Below the pieces are notes generated by a model. That model saw only the letters and a list, made by a program, of their open reading frames with translations, did not search any database and was not told the origin of the DNA. Positions 49,225-58,368 of a stretch of 64,000 bases of DNA are shown one piece after another. A program made the position numbers and the translations under genes. Numbering within the stretch: the stretch's first letter is position 1; the number at the start of each line of letters is the position of its first letter. This DNA is from Acetivibrionales bacterium (GTDB lineage Bacteria > Bacillota > Clostridia > Acetivibrionales > DTU013): assembly GCA_050952225.1 (NCBI GenBank), contig JBMNKL010000001.1:494589-558588 (forward strand), read 5' to 3'.

Positions 49225-50433
49225 TTATGATTTATCCTGGAAATATCCCAGTACTTCATCGAATATCCCTACAAACTTGTCAATGTCTTCTTTTGTTATA
49301 ATCAGGGGAGGAAGGAGCCTGATTATGTCCAAACCAACACTGCCAACCAGGATACCCTTTGCGAGCAGCTTATTTTTCAGTTCGGAAGCTTTATCTTCGC
49401 GTAATTGAATGCCTACCATCATGCCGGTGCCGCGCACTTCGGAAATAATCCGGTGTTTTCCGGCAAGCCGGTTAAGGCTGTCCATTAAATATTTCCCCAT
49501 TTTTTCGGCATGCCCGGGAAGATTATTCTCAAGGATTTCAGTCAATACGGCAACTCCGGCCGCGCATGCGAGCGGGTTGCCTCCGAACGTGGAGCCATGG
49601 TCACCGGGCTCAAATGCCGAAGCTACTTCTTCTTTTGCGCACAGGGCTCCAATGGGAAAACCTCCGCCCAGGGCTTTTGCCAGTGTGAATATGTCCGGCT
49701 CGACCCCGTAATTTTCATACGCGAATAATTTACCCGTCCTGCCCAGGCCTGTCTGAATTTCATCAAGTATTAGCAATATACCGTTTTCGTCGCATATCTT
49801 CCTGACTGTTTTCACGTACCCGGCATCCACAGGGTGGACACCACTTTCACCCTGTACAAGCTCCAGCATGATGGCGCATGTCTCTTTGCTTATGTTTGCT
49901 TTCAGCTCATCGATGTCATTGATCGTGACATGCCTGAACCCTGGTGTAAGCGGCATATAGGCTTCCTGGTATTTTTTCTGCCCGGTTGCAGCCACGGTGG
50001 CCAGTGTTCTGCCATGAAATGAGTTTTTAAGAGTTATGATGGAGTATTTGTCCGGCATCCCTTTTTTCTTAAAATAAATTCTTGCAAGCTTTATTGCTCC
50101 TTCATTGGCTTCCGCTCCGCTGTTTGCAAAAAAGACACGGTCGGCGCACGAATTTTCGACAAGCATCTTTGCAAGCTTTGCCTGGCTTTCTATATAGTAT
50201 AGGTTTGAACAATGAATGAGCCTGGCAGCTTGTGACCCGATAGCCTCAACAAGCGCCGGATGGCCGTGACCCAAGGCATTAACGGCAATACCCGCTAAAA
50301 GATCCATGTACTCGCGGCCCTCATTGTCGTAAAGCATTATCCCCTTTCCGTATTCGAAGCACACAGGAGTCCTTTTGCCGAAAGTATTCATGAAGTACTT
50401 GGAATCCATCTCCATAATTTCATGTAGTTTCAC
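49225..50433 (-). CDS. argD: Acetylornithine aminotransferase
   Basis: Class III PLP aminotransferase blocks (SGAEANEGAIKLAR, DEIQTGLGRTGK, FTLAKALGGGFP). A GTG at 50433 has an AAGGGGG RBS (ORF track start 50520). Confidence 0.85.
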   Translation of the reverse strand: MKLHEIMEMDSKYFMNTFGKRTPVCFEYGKGIMLYDNEGREYMDLLAGIAVNALGHGHPALVEAIGSQAARLIHCSNLYYIESQAKLAKMLVENSCADRVFFANSGAEANEGAIKLARIYFKKKGMPDKYSIITLKNSFHGRTLATVAATGQKKYQEAYMPLTPGFRHVTINDIDELKANISKETCAIMLELVQGESGVHPVDAGYVKTVRKICDENGILLILDEIQTGLGRTGKLFAYENYGVEPDIFTLAKALGGGFPIGALCAKEEVASAFEPGDHGSTFGGNPLACAAGVAVLTEILENNLPGHAEKMGKYLMDSLNRLAGKHRIISEVRGTGMMVGIQLREDKASELKNKLLAKGILVGSVGLDIIRLLPPLIITKEDIDKFVGIFDEVLGYFQDKS

Positions 50434-50485
50434 CGGTTGCCGCCCCCTTTTTATATTTATTGGTTTTACCCGGTTAATAATATTC

Positions 50486-50518
50486 ATAATTATACACGCA
50501 TATGCATAATAATGCAAC
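50486..50518. promoter_or_regulatory. ArgR/AhrC operator candidate upstream of argD
   Basis: ATAATTATACA-N4-TATGCATAATAATGCAAC. The second box matches the ARG-box consensus TNTGAATWWWWATTCANW at 16 of 18 positions. The architecture matches that upstream of argC. Confidence 0.6.
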
Positions 50519-50589
50519 ATAAATTTAAAATAAATATGAAAAGTTGCTGCAGGAAGGGCGAGGGCGCAAATTGGACATATTATTTTGTT

Positions 50590-51266
50590 TTACTTTTTGC
50601 TTTTTTCGGATTTGGACTTGTACCGATGATATATTTCGGCGATTTCATCCTCGAGACGCGCAAAATATTCGGACAAATACTTGCTGCTCATACTGTCGCA
50701 TTCTATGAATTGCGCGGCATGGTTAGCCGTGTTATCCCAGGAATATCTTCTCCTGACTATTTTCCCGGTTAGATTTGAAACAGAGCCATTTGGAAGGTAT
50801 AAAGACATTTCTATATGTTCATTGGTATCGAATTTTTTTTGCATATGAAAGCTGCTCCACCGTAAGAGATGTCTGTCACGAGACATTCATACGGCGTGTC
50901 ATCCCAGATTGGCCTTATAAATGCTTTCAGCCTGACATCATAGCGTGGATACATCCGGTTGTTTATAAATTCGACAACGCTGTTCATTGCGAGCGTGATA
51001 CTTTCGGGGAATTCCGTGCCGATGCTTTTTACTTCGCCGCAGAAATAATACATGAAATAGTCGTTTGAGTATTTTACCCACACGGGAGTACCGGGCTCCA
51101 CGGGTTTATTTACGGATTTTTTTACGGATTTGTCTATGTATGCTATCTTTATTTCGTTATCTGTTACTTCATATATTATGTTGCCGTGCCACGGAGCATC
51201 ATGCCCGATACGTACCCCTATCATCATGCCCTCGCTCAATATGGAGGGAACAACAGAGGCGTTCAC
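50590..51266 (-). pseudogene. PilZ-domain protein (c-di-GMP receptor-like), frameshift in a T8/A8 homopolymer at 50833-50840
   Basis: RMYPRYD (RxxxR) and DISYGGAAF (DxSxxG) motifs in ORF 50811-51266. The reading continues as KFDTNEHIEMSLYLPNG... in ORF 50590-50886 if the A-run is 9 instead of 8. Confidence 0.65.
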
Positions 51267-51363
51267 AATACCACCTCCATAAAAAAATTGGACTCATACG
51301 TATTATATCATAATTTAGGATGATTTTGCCAATATAAGTATATAAGCGGGTAAGCGGGGGCAT

Positions 51364-51414
51364 GTGAGTGGGGTCAGGCCTGAATTATTTACTTGCAAGC
51401 CTGACCCCACTTAC
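51364..51414. repeat. 16-bp-stem inverted repeat (hairpin) between argB and the PilZ gene
   Basis: GTGAGTGGGGTCAGGC - 19-nt loop - GCCTGACCCCACTTAC. No U-tract on either strand. The loop (TGAATTATTTACTTGCAA) resembles the 20-nt repeat family at 53.5-54.1 kb. Confidence 0.7.
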
Positions 51415-51428
51415 TTACCATCCTTAAG

Positions 51429-52331
51429 CTACAGTTGCTCATTTTTATGATAAAGCACTTTTTCTTTCATAATCATGGTACCGATGCCCTTGTTGGTGAA
51501 AATCTCCAATAATATGCTGTGCGGGATCCTGCCGTCTATGATATGTGTCCTTCCCACACCTTTTTCCACCGCCTTGAGGCAGCCGAGGACTTTGGGAATC
51601 ATGCCGCCGGTAATGATGTTTCTGTCAATAAGTTCGTTTACTTCCGCGGCTGTTAGCGCATGCAGGATTCTCGGGTTTTCATCTGCTGTTTTGACTCCTT
51701 CCACGTCCGTCAGAAGCATAAGCTTTTCCGCTTTAAGCGCAATTGCAATTTCGCTGGCAACCGTATCGGCGTTTATGTTGTAGCTGTGGCCGTCTTTTCC
51801 TATCCCGATGGGGGCGACTACCGGTATGTACTCATCCTTTGCTATCAATTCGAGAACCTTGGAATTTATATTAACGATATTGCCGACATAACCTAAATCT
51901 TTTTCTATACCGTCCATTTTGGTTTTATACTGCTCGCATTCGATCAAGTTGCCGTCAATGCCGCACAGACCGATTGCCTTGCCGCCTTTCTTGTTCAGCA
52001 TTGAGACAATCTGCTTGTTTATTTTTCCGACCAGGACCATTTGCGCGATTTCCATCGTATTATGATCGGTAACCCTGAGGCCGTTTAAAAACTCGCTTTT
52101 TATGCCGAGTTTATCCAGCATTGAGTTTATATCGGGACCTCCGCCATGTACGACTATCGGATTCATTCCGACAAATTTCAGCAACGTGATATCTTCCATG
52201 ACTGAATTCCTGAGTTCGTCATTAATCATTGCGTTGCCGCCATATTTAATAACAATGGTTTTACCGTGAAGCGCCTGTATATAGGGAAGAGCTTCTATGA
52301 GTATTTCTGCCCTTTTTATAAGATTTTCCAT
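51429..52331 (-). CDS. argB: Acetylglutamate kinase
   Basis: [20 protein letters not shown] and GGMIPK motifs. GGAGG RBS before the ATG at 52331. Confidence 0.9.
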   Translation of the reverse strand: MENLIKRAEILIEALPYIQALHGKTIVIKYGGNAMINDELRNSVMEDITLLKFVGMNPIVVHGGGPDINSMLDKLGIKSEFLNGLRVTDHNTMEIAQMVLVGKINKQIVSMLNKKGGKAIGLCGIDGNLIECEQYKTKMDGIEKDLGYVGNIVNINSKVLELIAKDEYIPVVAPIGIGKDGHSYNINADTVASEIAIALKAEKLMLLTDVEGVKTADENPRILHALTAAEVNELIDRNIITGGMIPKVLGCLKAVEKGVGRTHIIDGRIPHSILLEIFTNKGIGTMIMKEKVLYHKNEQL

Positions 52332-52361
52332 CGTATACCTCCAACTATCCAATTACATCAA

Positions 52362-53315
52362 TTATTCCTCTAAACCGGTGGCTTCGTCAATACCCAGCAT
52401 TATGTTCATGCACTGCACGGCTGCGCCCGATGCTCCTTTGCCGAGGTTATCAAGCCTTGCGATGAGCAGGATATGCTTATCATTGCCCCTGACATAGATT
52501 TCAAGGTTATTGGTTCCATTGCATCCTGTAGCGCATAGAAACCCGTCCTTGATTCCGCCTTCCGATTCGTAATCGATTACCTTTATGAAACGTTCGCCTT
52601 CATAATATTGCGACAGAAAGTCACATACCGATCCGGCGGTGTTTTTGTGAGGAAGCATGGCCGAATAAAGCGGTATTGCAACTGTCATCCCTTTATAATA
52701 CGGGCCGATTATCGGGGTAAATAACGGCGGATGTGCAAGTCCGCATGTTTTCTGCATTTCGGGAAGATGCTTATGCTGAAGTGTCAATGCATAAAATCGG
52801 GGGCTTTTCATGGATTCATCATCCGGGTCGGCAGATGCATACTCGCTTATACGCTTTTTCCCACCGCCGCTATAGCCAGACACGGCATGGCACGTTACAG
52901 GGTAATCACGGGGAAGAATGCCTTCCTTGACTAAAGGATAGACAAGCGCGCTAAACCCGGTGGCATAGCATCCGGGTACCGAAATGCGGGAAGACTTCCT
53001 GATTTTTTCCCTGTATTCCGGGCCGAGTTCGGGAAAGCCGTAGGCCCATGCTTCATTGGTACGGTGCGCCGTACTGGCGTCAATCAGCCTTGTATTGCTG
53101 TTTTCAACGAGAGAAGCGGATTCAATGGCCGCCTTGTCGGGCAAGCACAAAAACGTGATATCCGACTCGTTTATTATATTTTTTCTTTCACGGACGTCTT
53201 TCCTCTTCCCGGGGTCTATAACAAGAAGCTCGATGTCATCACGACCGCGTAAGCGTTCATTAATTTTGAGCCCGGTTGTTCCTTCCTGACCGTCGACGAA
53301 AACTTTATACGCCAT
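52362..53315 (-). CDS. argC: N-acetyl-gamma-glutamyl-phosphate reductase (short, type-2-like form)
   Basis: GQEGTTGL NAD-binding N-terminus, catalytic PGCYATG motif, about 317 aa. Confidence 0.85.
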   Translation of the reverse strand: MAYKVFVDGQEGTTGLKINERLRGRDDIELLVIDPGKRKDVRERKNIINESDITFLCLPDKAAIESASLVENSNTRLIDASTAHRTNEAWAYGFPELGPEYREKIRKSSRISVPGCYATGFSALVYPLVKEGILPRDYPVTCHAVSGYSGGGKKRISEYASADPDDESMKSPRFYALTLQHKHLPEMQKTCGLAHPPLFTPIIGPYYKGMTVAIPLYSAMLPHKNTAGSVCDFLSQYYEGERFIKVIDYESEGGIKDGFLCATGCNGTNNLEIYVRGNDKHILLIARLDNLGKGASGAAVQCMNIMLGIDEATGLEE

Positions 53316-53370
53316 GCCATACACCATTCCTTTAAATATTTACTGTTTTTATTTTGTTTCATCATTATAA

Positions 53371-53408
53371 TGTTTATAATTATACATTATAACGAATAAA
53401 AATGCAAT
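53371..53408. promoter_or_regulatory. Tandem ArgR/AhrC operator candidate upstream of argC
   Basis: TGTTTATAATTATACATT (15/18 to the ARG box), 2 nt, then AACGAATAAAAATGCAAT (15/18, close to the B. subtilis-type CATGAATAAAAATGCAAG). Confidence 0.6.
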
Positions 53409-53484
53409 ATCTAAATTGCCATATTAAATATTAAGACAAAATTCGTTAATTGAAAAAGTTATTTCGACCCCAATTTCATAAGCA

Positions 53485-53504
53485 GTGGAAGTTAGTTTTG
53501 CAAA
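53485..53504 (+). repeat. 20-nt repeat family, copy 1
   Basis: GTGGAAGTTAGTTTTGCAAA. Confidence 0.8.
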
Positions 53505-53522
53505 TCAAGAGAAATTAGGAGA

Positions 53523-53542
53523 GTGGAAGTTACTTCTGCAAA
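53523..53542 (+). repeat. 20-nt repeat family, copy 2
   Basis: GTGGAAGTTACTTCTGCAAA. Confidence 0.8.
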
Positions 53543-53837
53543 AATCAGCACTCTGTTGTTATCCGTCCACGACACTCGGGGGGTGTAAAGGGCGGGCAGC
53601 TTTTGCCCGTTCATCGTAGGCGAAGCCGAAGACCCTTTACATCCATCGCACATATATCCTTGTGTTCCCCGGTCTGTTTTTATGACAGACCGGCTAGCTT
53701 CCGGCGAGGACAGGGTTTGGGACAGAGTCCCAAGATTATATTTTAATCCACATGCGAAAACTGGAAGCTTGTAAATTATGTTTCAAAAATCTATTATATA
53801 TCTATAGTGGTTACTACATAAATGGAATACAAACAGG

Positions 53838-53857
53838 GTGGAAATTACTCTTGCAAA
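53838..53857 (+). repeat. 20-nt repeat family, copy 3
   Basis: GTGGAAATTACTCTTGCAAA. Confidence 0.8.
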
Positions 53858-54026
53858 AAGTTAGATAATTTTCACACCTCTGGTTTGTTATACCCGAAAA
53901 TTGACTGGCTTTGCTTCTCTATCCTATATTTTAACCTATTATTGCATATAAAGCACTAAAAATATGTTTAAATAAACTAATTTGAAACTGGTCAAAACGC
54001 TGATTCAATCTGAAACTGCAGCCTAT

Positions 54027-54066
54027 GTGGAATTTACTTTTGCAAAGTGGAATTTACCTTTTCAAT
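54027..54066 (+). repeat. 20-nt repeat family, copies 4 and 5 (head-to-tail tandem)
   Basis: GTGGAATTTACTTTTGCAAA followed by GTGGAATTTACCTTTTCAAT. Confidence 0.8.
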
Positions 54067-54211
54067 TGACCTTAAGACAAAATTATGCATAGTTACTAAA
54101 TATAAATTTTTATTTTTGTTAAAAAGTTTACTAGTTGAAAAGAATTGAGCGTGCTATATTTATATTAAATCAATACGGCAGGGACCGTATACTTGTTTAT
54201 GGAGGGTTAAA

Positions 54212-55350
54212 ATGGCAAGTGTTAAGTTGAAAAACGTTTATAAGAGATTTGAGGGCGGCGTTGTTGCTGTCAGCGATTTCAACCTGGACATTGAAGACAA
54301 GGAGTTTGTCATTCTTGTGGGGCCTTCCGGCTGCGGTAAGACGACGACACTGAGAATGGTTGCCGGCCTTGAGGAGGTTACGGAGGGCGAAATCTACATA
54401 GGTGACAGGCTTGTCAATGATGTCCAGCCGAAAGACAGGGACATTGCGATGGTTTTCCAGAACTACGCCCTGTATCCTCACATGACCGTGTTCGACAACA
54501 TGGCATTTGGGCTGAAACTCCGCAAGACTCCGAAAGATGAAATCAGGAGAAGGGTTCACGAAGCGGCCAAAATACTTGAAATAGAACATCTGCTCGACAG
54601 AAGGCCGAAGGCGCTTTCAGGCGGTCAGCGGCAGAGGGTCGCTCTTGGCCGTGCCATAGTGCGTGATCCAAAGGTATTCCTCATGGATGAGCCCCTGTCC
54701 AACCTTGACGCAAAGCTAAGGGTACAGATGAGGCTTGAAATCACAAAGCTTCATCAGAGGCTCAATACCACGTTCATATACGTTACTCATGACCAGACGG
54801 AAGCCATGACCATGGGCACAAGGATTGTCGTTATGAAGGATGGATTTATCCAGCAGGTGGATACTCCGACTGCGCTTTATGACAAGCCGGCGAATATGTT
54901 CGTCGCAGGATTTATCGGCAGTCCGCAGATGAACTTCATCAATGCTGCAATAGAAAAACGCGGAAGATAGACATTTTCCTGAAATTTGGCGAGAATAATG
55001 AGATAAAACTTCCCGAAGCGAAAGCGAAAAAACTCGAAGGAACCGATTATGTCGGCAGAGAAGTTGTTATGGGCATCAGGCCTGAAAGCATCCACGACGA
55101 GGAGGCTTTCATCGAGTCCATGCCCGACAGCGTTGTGACAGCCAACGTGGAGGTTGTCGAAATGCTCGGCTCCGAAACATTGCTGCATATGCATATCGGC
55201 GATATCCCAATCACGGCGAGGGTCAATCCCAGAACGAAGACAAGGACCGGCGACGTGATAAAAGTTGCGTTCGACGCCAACAGGATACATCTTTTCGACA
55301 AGGATACCGAAAAAACACATGGTATAAACTGCATATATACTGACGATTAA
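54212..55350 (+). pseudogene. MsmX/UgpC/MalK-type sugar ABC transporter ATPase, frameshift at an A5 run (54954-54958)
   Basis: Walker [10 protein letters not shown], signature LSGGQRQR, Walker [10 protein letters not shown]. The C-terminal regulatory domain (DIFLKFGENNEIKLPEAK...VMGIRPE) continues in another frame, and one extra A restores it. Confidence 0.8.
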
Positions 55351-55601
55351 AAGAGAGGCGGTCCTTTTCCCTTGACGCGCTCTCTTTTGCATTTAATTTT
55401 TCTCCCTTTTTATGTATTCCATAAAATATTCCGATATAGTATAATAAAGTTTACAGTTGGTACCGCAGCAAAGCATTATCAATTTGCCGGGCAATGTTCC
55501 TTGCAATAGCAAACGCTTCAGCGGGCTGTTACGGCGAGGATAGTTTATGGTTGTCAAAAAGTATCGGTAAATTGTATGGTTTGATATAAACGGAGGAAAA
55601 A

Positions 55602-56693
55602 GTGAAGCTGTTTCAGAGACTGATATGCCAATTTCACGAGTTTGTAGACGGATACTACGGTGTGATGGATGAAACAGGCCTGATCCTGGGATGTACGGAC
55701 GAGTCGGTTACGGGCACTATTCACCCGTCTATTGAAGCTGTTATTGGCAATAACGGGATTTATCACGAGGAAAACGGGCAGCTTTTTCAAAAGATTTATA
55801 TCAAAAACAGACTCGAGTATATTGTGTTTATAAATGCTGAGGATGGGCACAGCAAGAGCCTTCTTGCAATGCTTGCGGTTAATGTTGCGAATTTAAGGAA
55901 TTACCATGAGGAGAAATTCGACAAGAGTAATTTTTTCAAAAATATAATAACAGACAATATTCTTCCCGGCGATATCCAGTTCAGGGCTAAAGAACTCCAT
56001 ATACCATATAGCGCATTTAGGGCCGTATTATTGATAAAAACCGGGAAGGTCAAAGATATACAGTTATATGAAGTAATCCAGAGTCTTTTTCCAAAAAGGG
56101 GGAAAGACTTTGTAATTTCGCTGGATGACAGCAGCACCGTGTTAATAAAGGAATTAAAGAGCGCCGATGATAACGAGGAGGTTGACAAAACCGCCAAGGC
56201 GATCATTGATACATTGAATACCGAGGTGATGGTAAAGGCGCAGGCCGGAATTGGTTCCATCGTGGATAATATAAGGGATATAAGGCGTTCATACATGGAA
56301 GCGCAGACGGCTCTCCAGATAGGAAGCATCTTCGAAAACGACAAGGAAATCAACAATTACAACAATCTCGGTATAGGGAGGCTGATTTATCAACTTCCCA
56401 CCACAATGTGCAAGTTATTTTTAAAAGAAGTTTTTAAAGTAGGTTCACTGGATTTGTTTGACCAGGAAACAATCAGGACGGTTCAGAAGTTTTTTGAAAA
56501 CAACCTGAATGTCAGCGAAACGTCCAGGCAGCTTTATGTGCACCGCAATACGCTGGTGTACAGGCTGGATAAAATTCAAAAAATGACAGGACTTGACCTG
56601 AGAAATTTTGATGATGCCATTACGTTCAAGGTATCAATGCTTGTGAAAAAATACCTTGATAAAGCTGAAAGCGCAAGAAGCGATATTATATGA
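55602..56693 (+). CDS. PucR/CdaR-family transcriptional regulator
   Basis: C-terminal PucR HTH (LNVSETSRQLYVHRNTLVYRLDKIQKMTGLDLRNFDD). Confidence 0.75.
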   Translation: MKLFQRLICQFHEFVDGYYGVMDETGLILGCTDESVTGTIHPSIEAVIGNNGIYHEENGQLFQKIYIKNRLEYIVFINAEDGHSKSLLAMLAVNVANLRNYHEEKFDKSNFFKNIITDNILPGDIQFRAKELHIPYSAFRAVLLIKTGKVKDIQLYEVIQSLFPKRGKDFVISLDDSSTVLIKELKSADDNEEVDKTAKAIIDTLNTEVMVKAQAGIGSIVDNIRDIRRSYMEAQTALQIGSIFENDKEINNYNNLGIGRLIYQLPTTMCKLFLKEVFKVGSLDLFDQETIRTVQKFFENNLNVSETSRQLYVHRNTLVYRLDKIQKMTGLDLRNFDDAITFKVSMLVKKYLDKAESARSDII

Positions 56694-56715
56694 GACAGCG
56701 AAAATTCCTGAATAG

Positions 56716-57438
56716 TTGGGGAGTGTTGAAGTGGTCGAACTTAGGAATGTGTCAAAAACTTATCCCAACGGGACGGTGGCCTTGAGGGATGTAAGCTTGA
56801 AAATTGAAAAAGGCGAGTTCGTTTTTTTAGTCGGGCCAAGTGGTTCCGGAAAATCAACCCTTATAAAACTTTTACTTAAGGAAGAGGATGCAACGGAAGG
56901 AGAAGTCTACGTAAACGGGTACGATGTTACTTCCATGCCAAGGCAGGAAGTGCCGTACCTAAGGAGAAGCCTGGGAGTGGTATTCCAGGATTTCAGGCTG
57001 CTTCCGAACAAGACGGTGTATGAGAATGTGGCATATGCGATGGTTATTACCGAAGCGCTTCCGAAGGAGATAAGAAGACAGGTGCCAATGGCGCTTGCGC
57101 TTGTCGGTCTGAGCAGGAAAGCCAATATGTATCCGGGGCAGCTTTCCGGGGGCGAACAGCAAAGAGTGGCGATGGCCAGGGCTCTGGTCAATAATCCTGC
57201 GCTCCTGGTGGCAGACGAGCCTACCGGCAACCTGGACCCTGAAACATCATGGGAAATAATAAAGCTGCTCAGCGAGATTAACCATAGAGGGACTACGGTT
57301 ATCGTAGCCACACATGAAAAATCCATTGTAGATGAGATGAAGAAACGGGTCATCGCTATCAATAAGGGAATGATAGTGATGGACCAGGAGAAAGGACTAT
57401 ACCGCTATGAAGATAAGAACACTCAGGCATATAGTTAA
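56716..57438 (+). CDS. ftsE: Cell-division ABC ATPase FtsE
   Basis: VELRNVSKTY, GPSGSGKST, LSGGEQQRV, LLVADEPTGNLD. An alternative GTG start lies at 56731. Confidence 0.9.
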   Translation: MGSVEVVELRNVSKTYPNGTVALRDVSLKIEKGEFVFLVGPSGSGKSTLIKLLLKEEDATEGEVYVNGYDVTSMPRQEVPYLRRSLGVVFQDFRLLPNKTVYENVAYAMVITEALPKEIRRQVPMALALVGLSRKANMYPGQLSGGEQQRVAMARALVNNPALLVADEPTGNLDPETSWEIIKLLSEINHRGTTVIVATHEKSIVDEMKKRVIAINKGMIVMDQEKGLYRYEDKNTQAYS

Positions 57439-58303
57439 GGAGGGCATGGTAAATACATACAGGAATAAGCTCATGTCGCTGGCCTCCGTCATAATAGTCG
57501 TGGCGTCATTGATGGTCTTTGGCTTCTTTCTGTTGACGTCATATAATCTTGATGCAAATATAAGAATATGGAAAGAACAACCTCAAATCGAAGCATTTTG
57601 CTACGAGGGACTGGATGATACCCAGGTAAACCGTATTGAAGAAATTATAAAAAAGAATGATAAAATTGCCGAATATACAAAAATAACCGAGGAAGAGGCC
57701 TTTAAAAGAGCGCAGGAAAGGCTCGGAAAAGGCTCGAAGCTGTTGGAAGGGCTTAATGTGGTATTTCCCGTTTCCTTTATAATTAAGCTGAAAGATACGT
57801 CTTATAGCCAGGAAGTGGTTGAAGGACTGCAGAAAATCAGCGGTATTGATACCGTCAGCTATTCTCAAAACACAATAGACATAATTTCGCGGGTATCTTA
57901 CTGGCTGAAGCTGGCCAGCAGCCTGTTGGTGACGGTATTCCTGATTGTCTCGATATTTATTATTTCAAATACGATAAAGCTCACCGTATTTGCCAGGCGC
58001 AGAGAAATTAGCATTATGAAATATATCGGGGCAACAGATTGGTTTATACGCTGGCCTTTTATCGTGGAAGGTGTTATAATAAGTCTGATAGGAGCTTTGA
58101 TATCGTTTATATTGTCGGCCTATGGCTATAATACAATAGAGGAAAGGTTTTCACAGGATTTGTTTTTAGCTAATACGCAGCTGTTGGTGTTGGTAAAGAT
58201 CAGGGAAGTATGGTCACAGCTTGCGTTGTTCTATTTTGCCATAGCGACTGCAGTAGGAGCGATAGGGAGCCTGATTTCGCTCCGAAAGCATTTACGGGTA
58301 TAG
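57407..58303 (+). CDS. ftsX: Cell-division permease-like protein FtsX
   Basis: N-terminal TM helix, extracellular domain, and three C-terminal TM helices with REISIMKYIGATDWFIRWPF. Confidence 0.9.
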   Translation: MKIRTLRHIVKEGMVNTYRNKLMSLASVIIVVASLMVFGFFLLTSYNLDANIRIWKEQPQIEAFCYEGLDDTQVNRIEEIIKKNDKIAEYTKITEEEAFKRAQERLGKGSKLLEGLNVVFPVSFIIKLKDTSYSQEVVEGLQKISGIDTVSYSQNTIDIISRVSYWLKLASSLLVTVFLIVSIFIISNTIKLTVFARRREISIMKYIGATDWFIRWPFIVEGVIISLIGALISFILSAYGYNTIEERFSQDLFLANTQLLVLVKIREVWSQLALFYFAIATAVGAIGSLISLRKHLRV

Positions 58304-58368
58304 ATGAAAAACCTTAGGCTTTATGCATCTATGCACGGGATAAATCTGGTACCTGGAGGGTTTAATTC

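Noticed and set aside
53485-54066. Possible CRISPR array (regularly recurring 20-nt repeats)
   Set aside because: The repeats are too short (20 nt). The spacings are irregular (18, 295, 169 and 0 nt). There are no cas genes in the window and no leader-like structure.
53409-54211. Possible replication origin (AT-rich region, TGTGGAAT and TTATCCGTC resembling DnaA boxes)
   Set aside because: Neither sequence matches TTATNCACA well enough (at least 2-3 mismatches). There is no dnaA or dnaN nearby and no cluster of true boxes.
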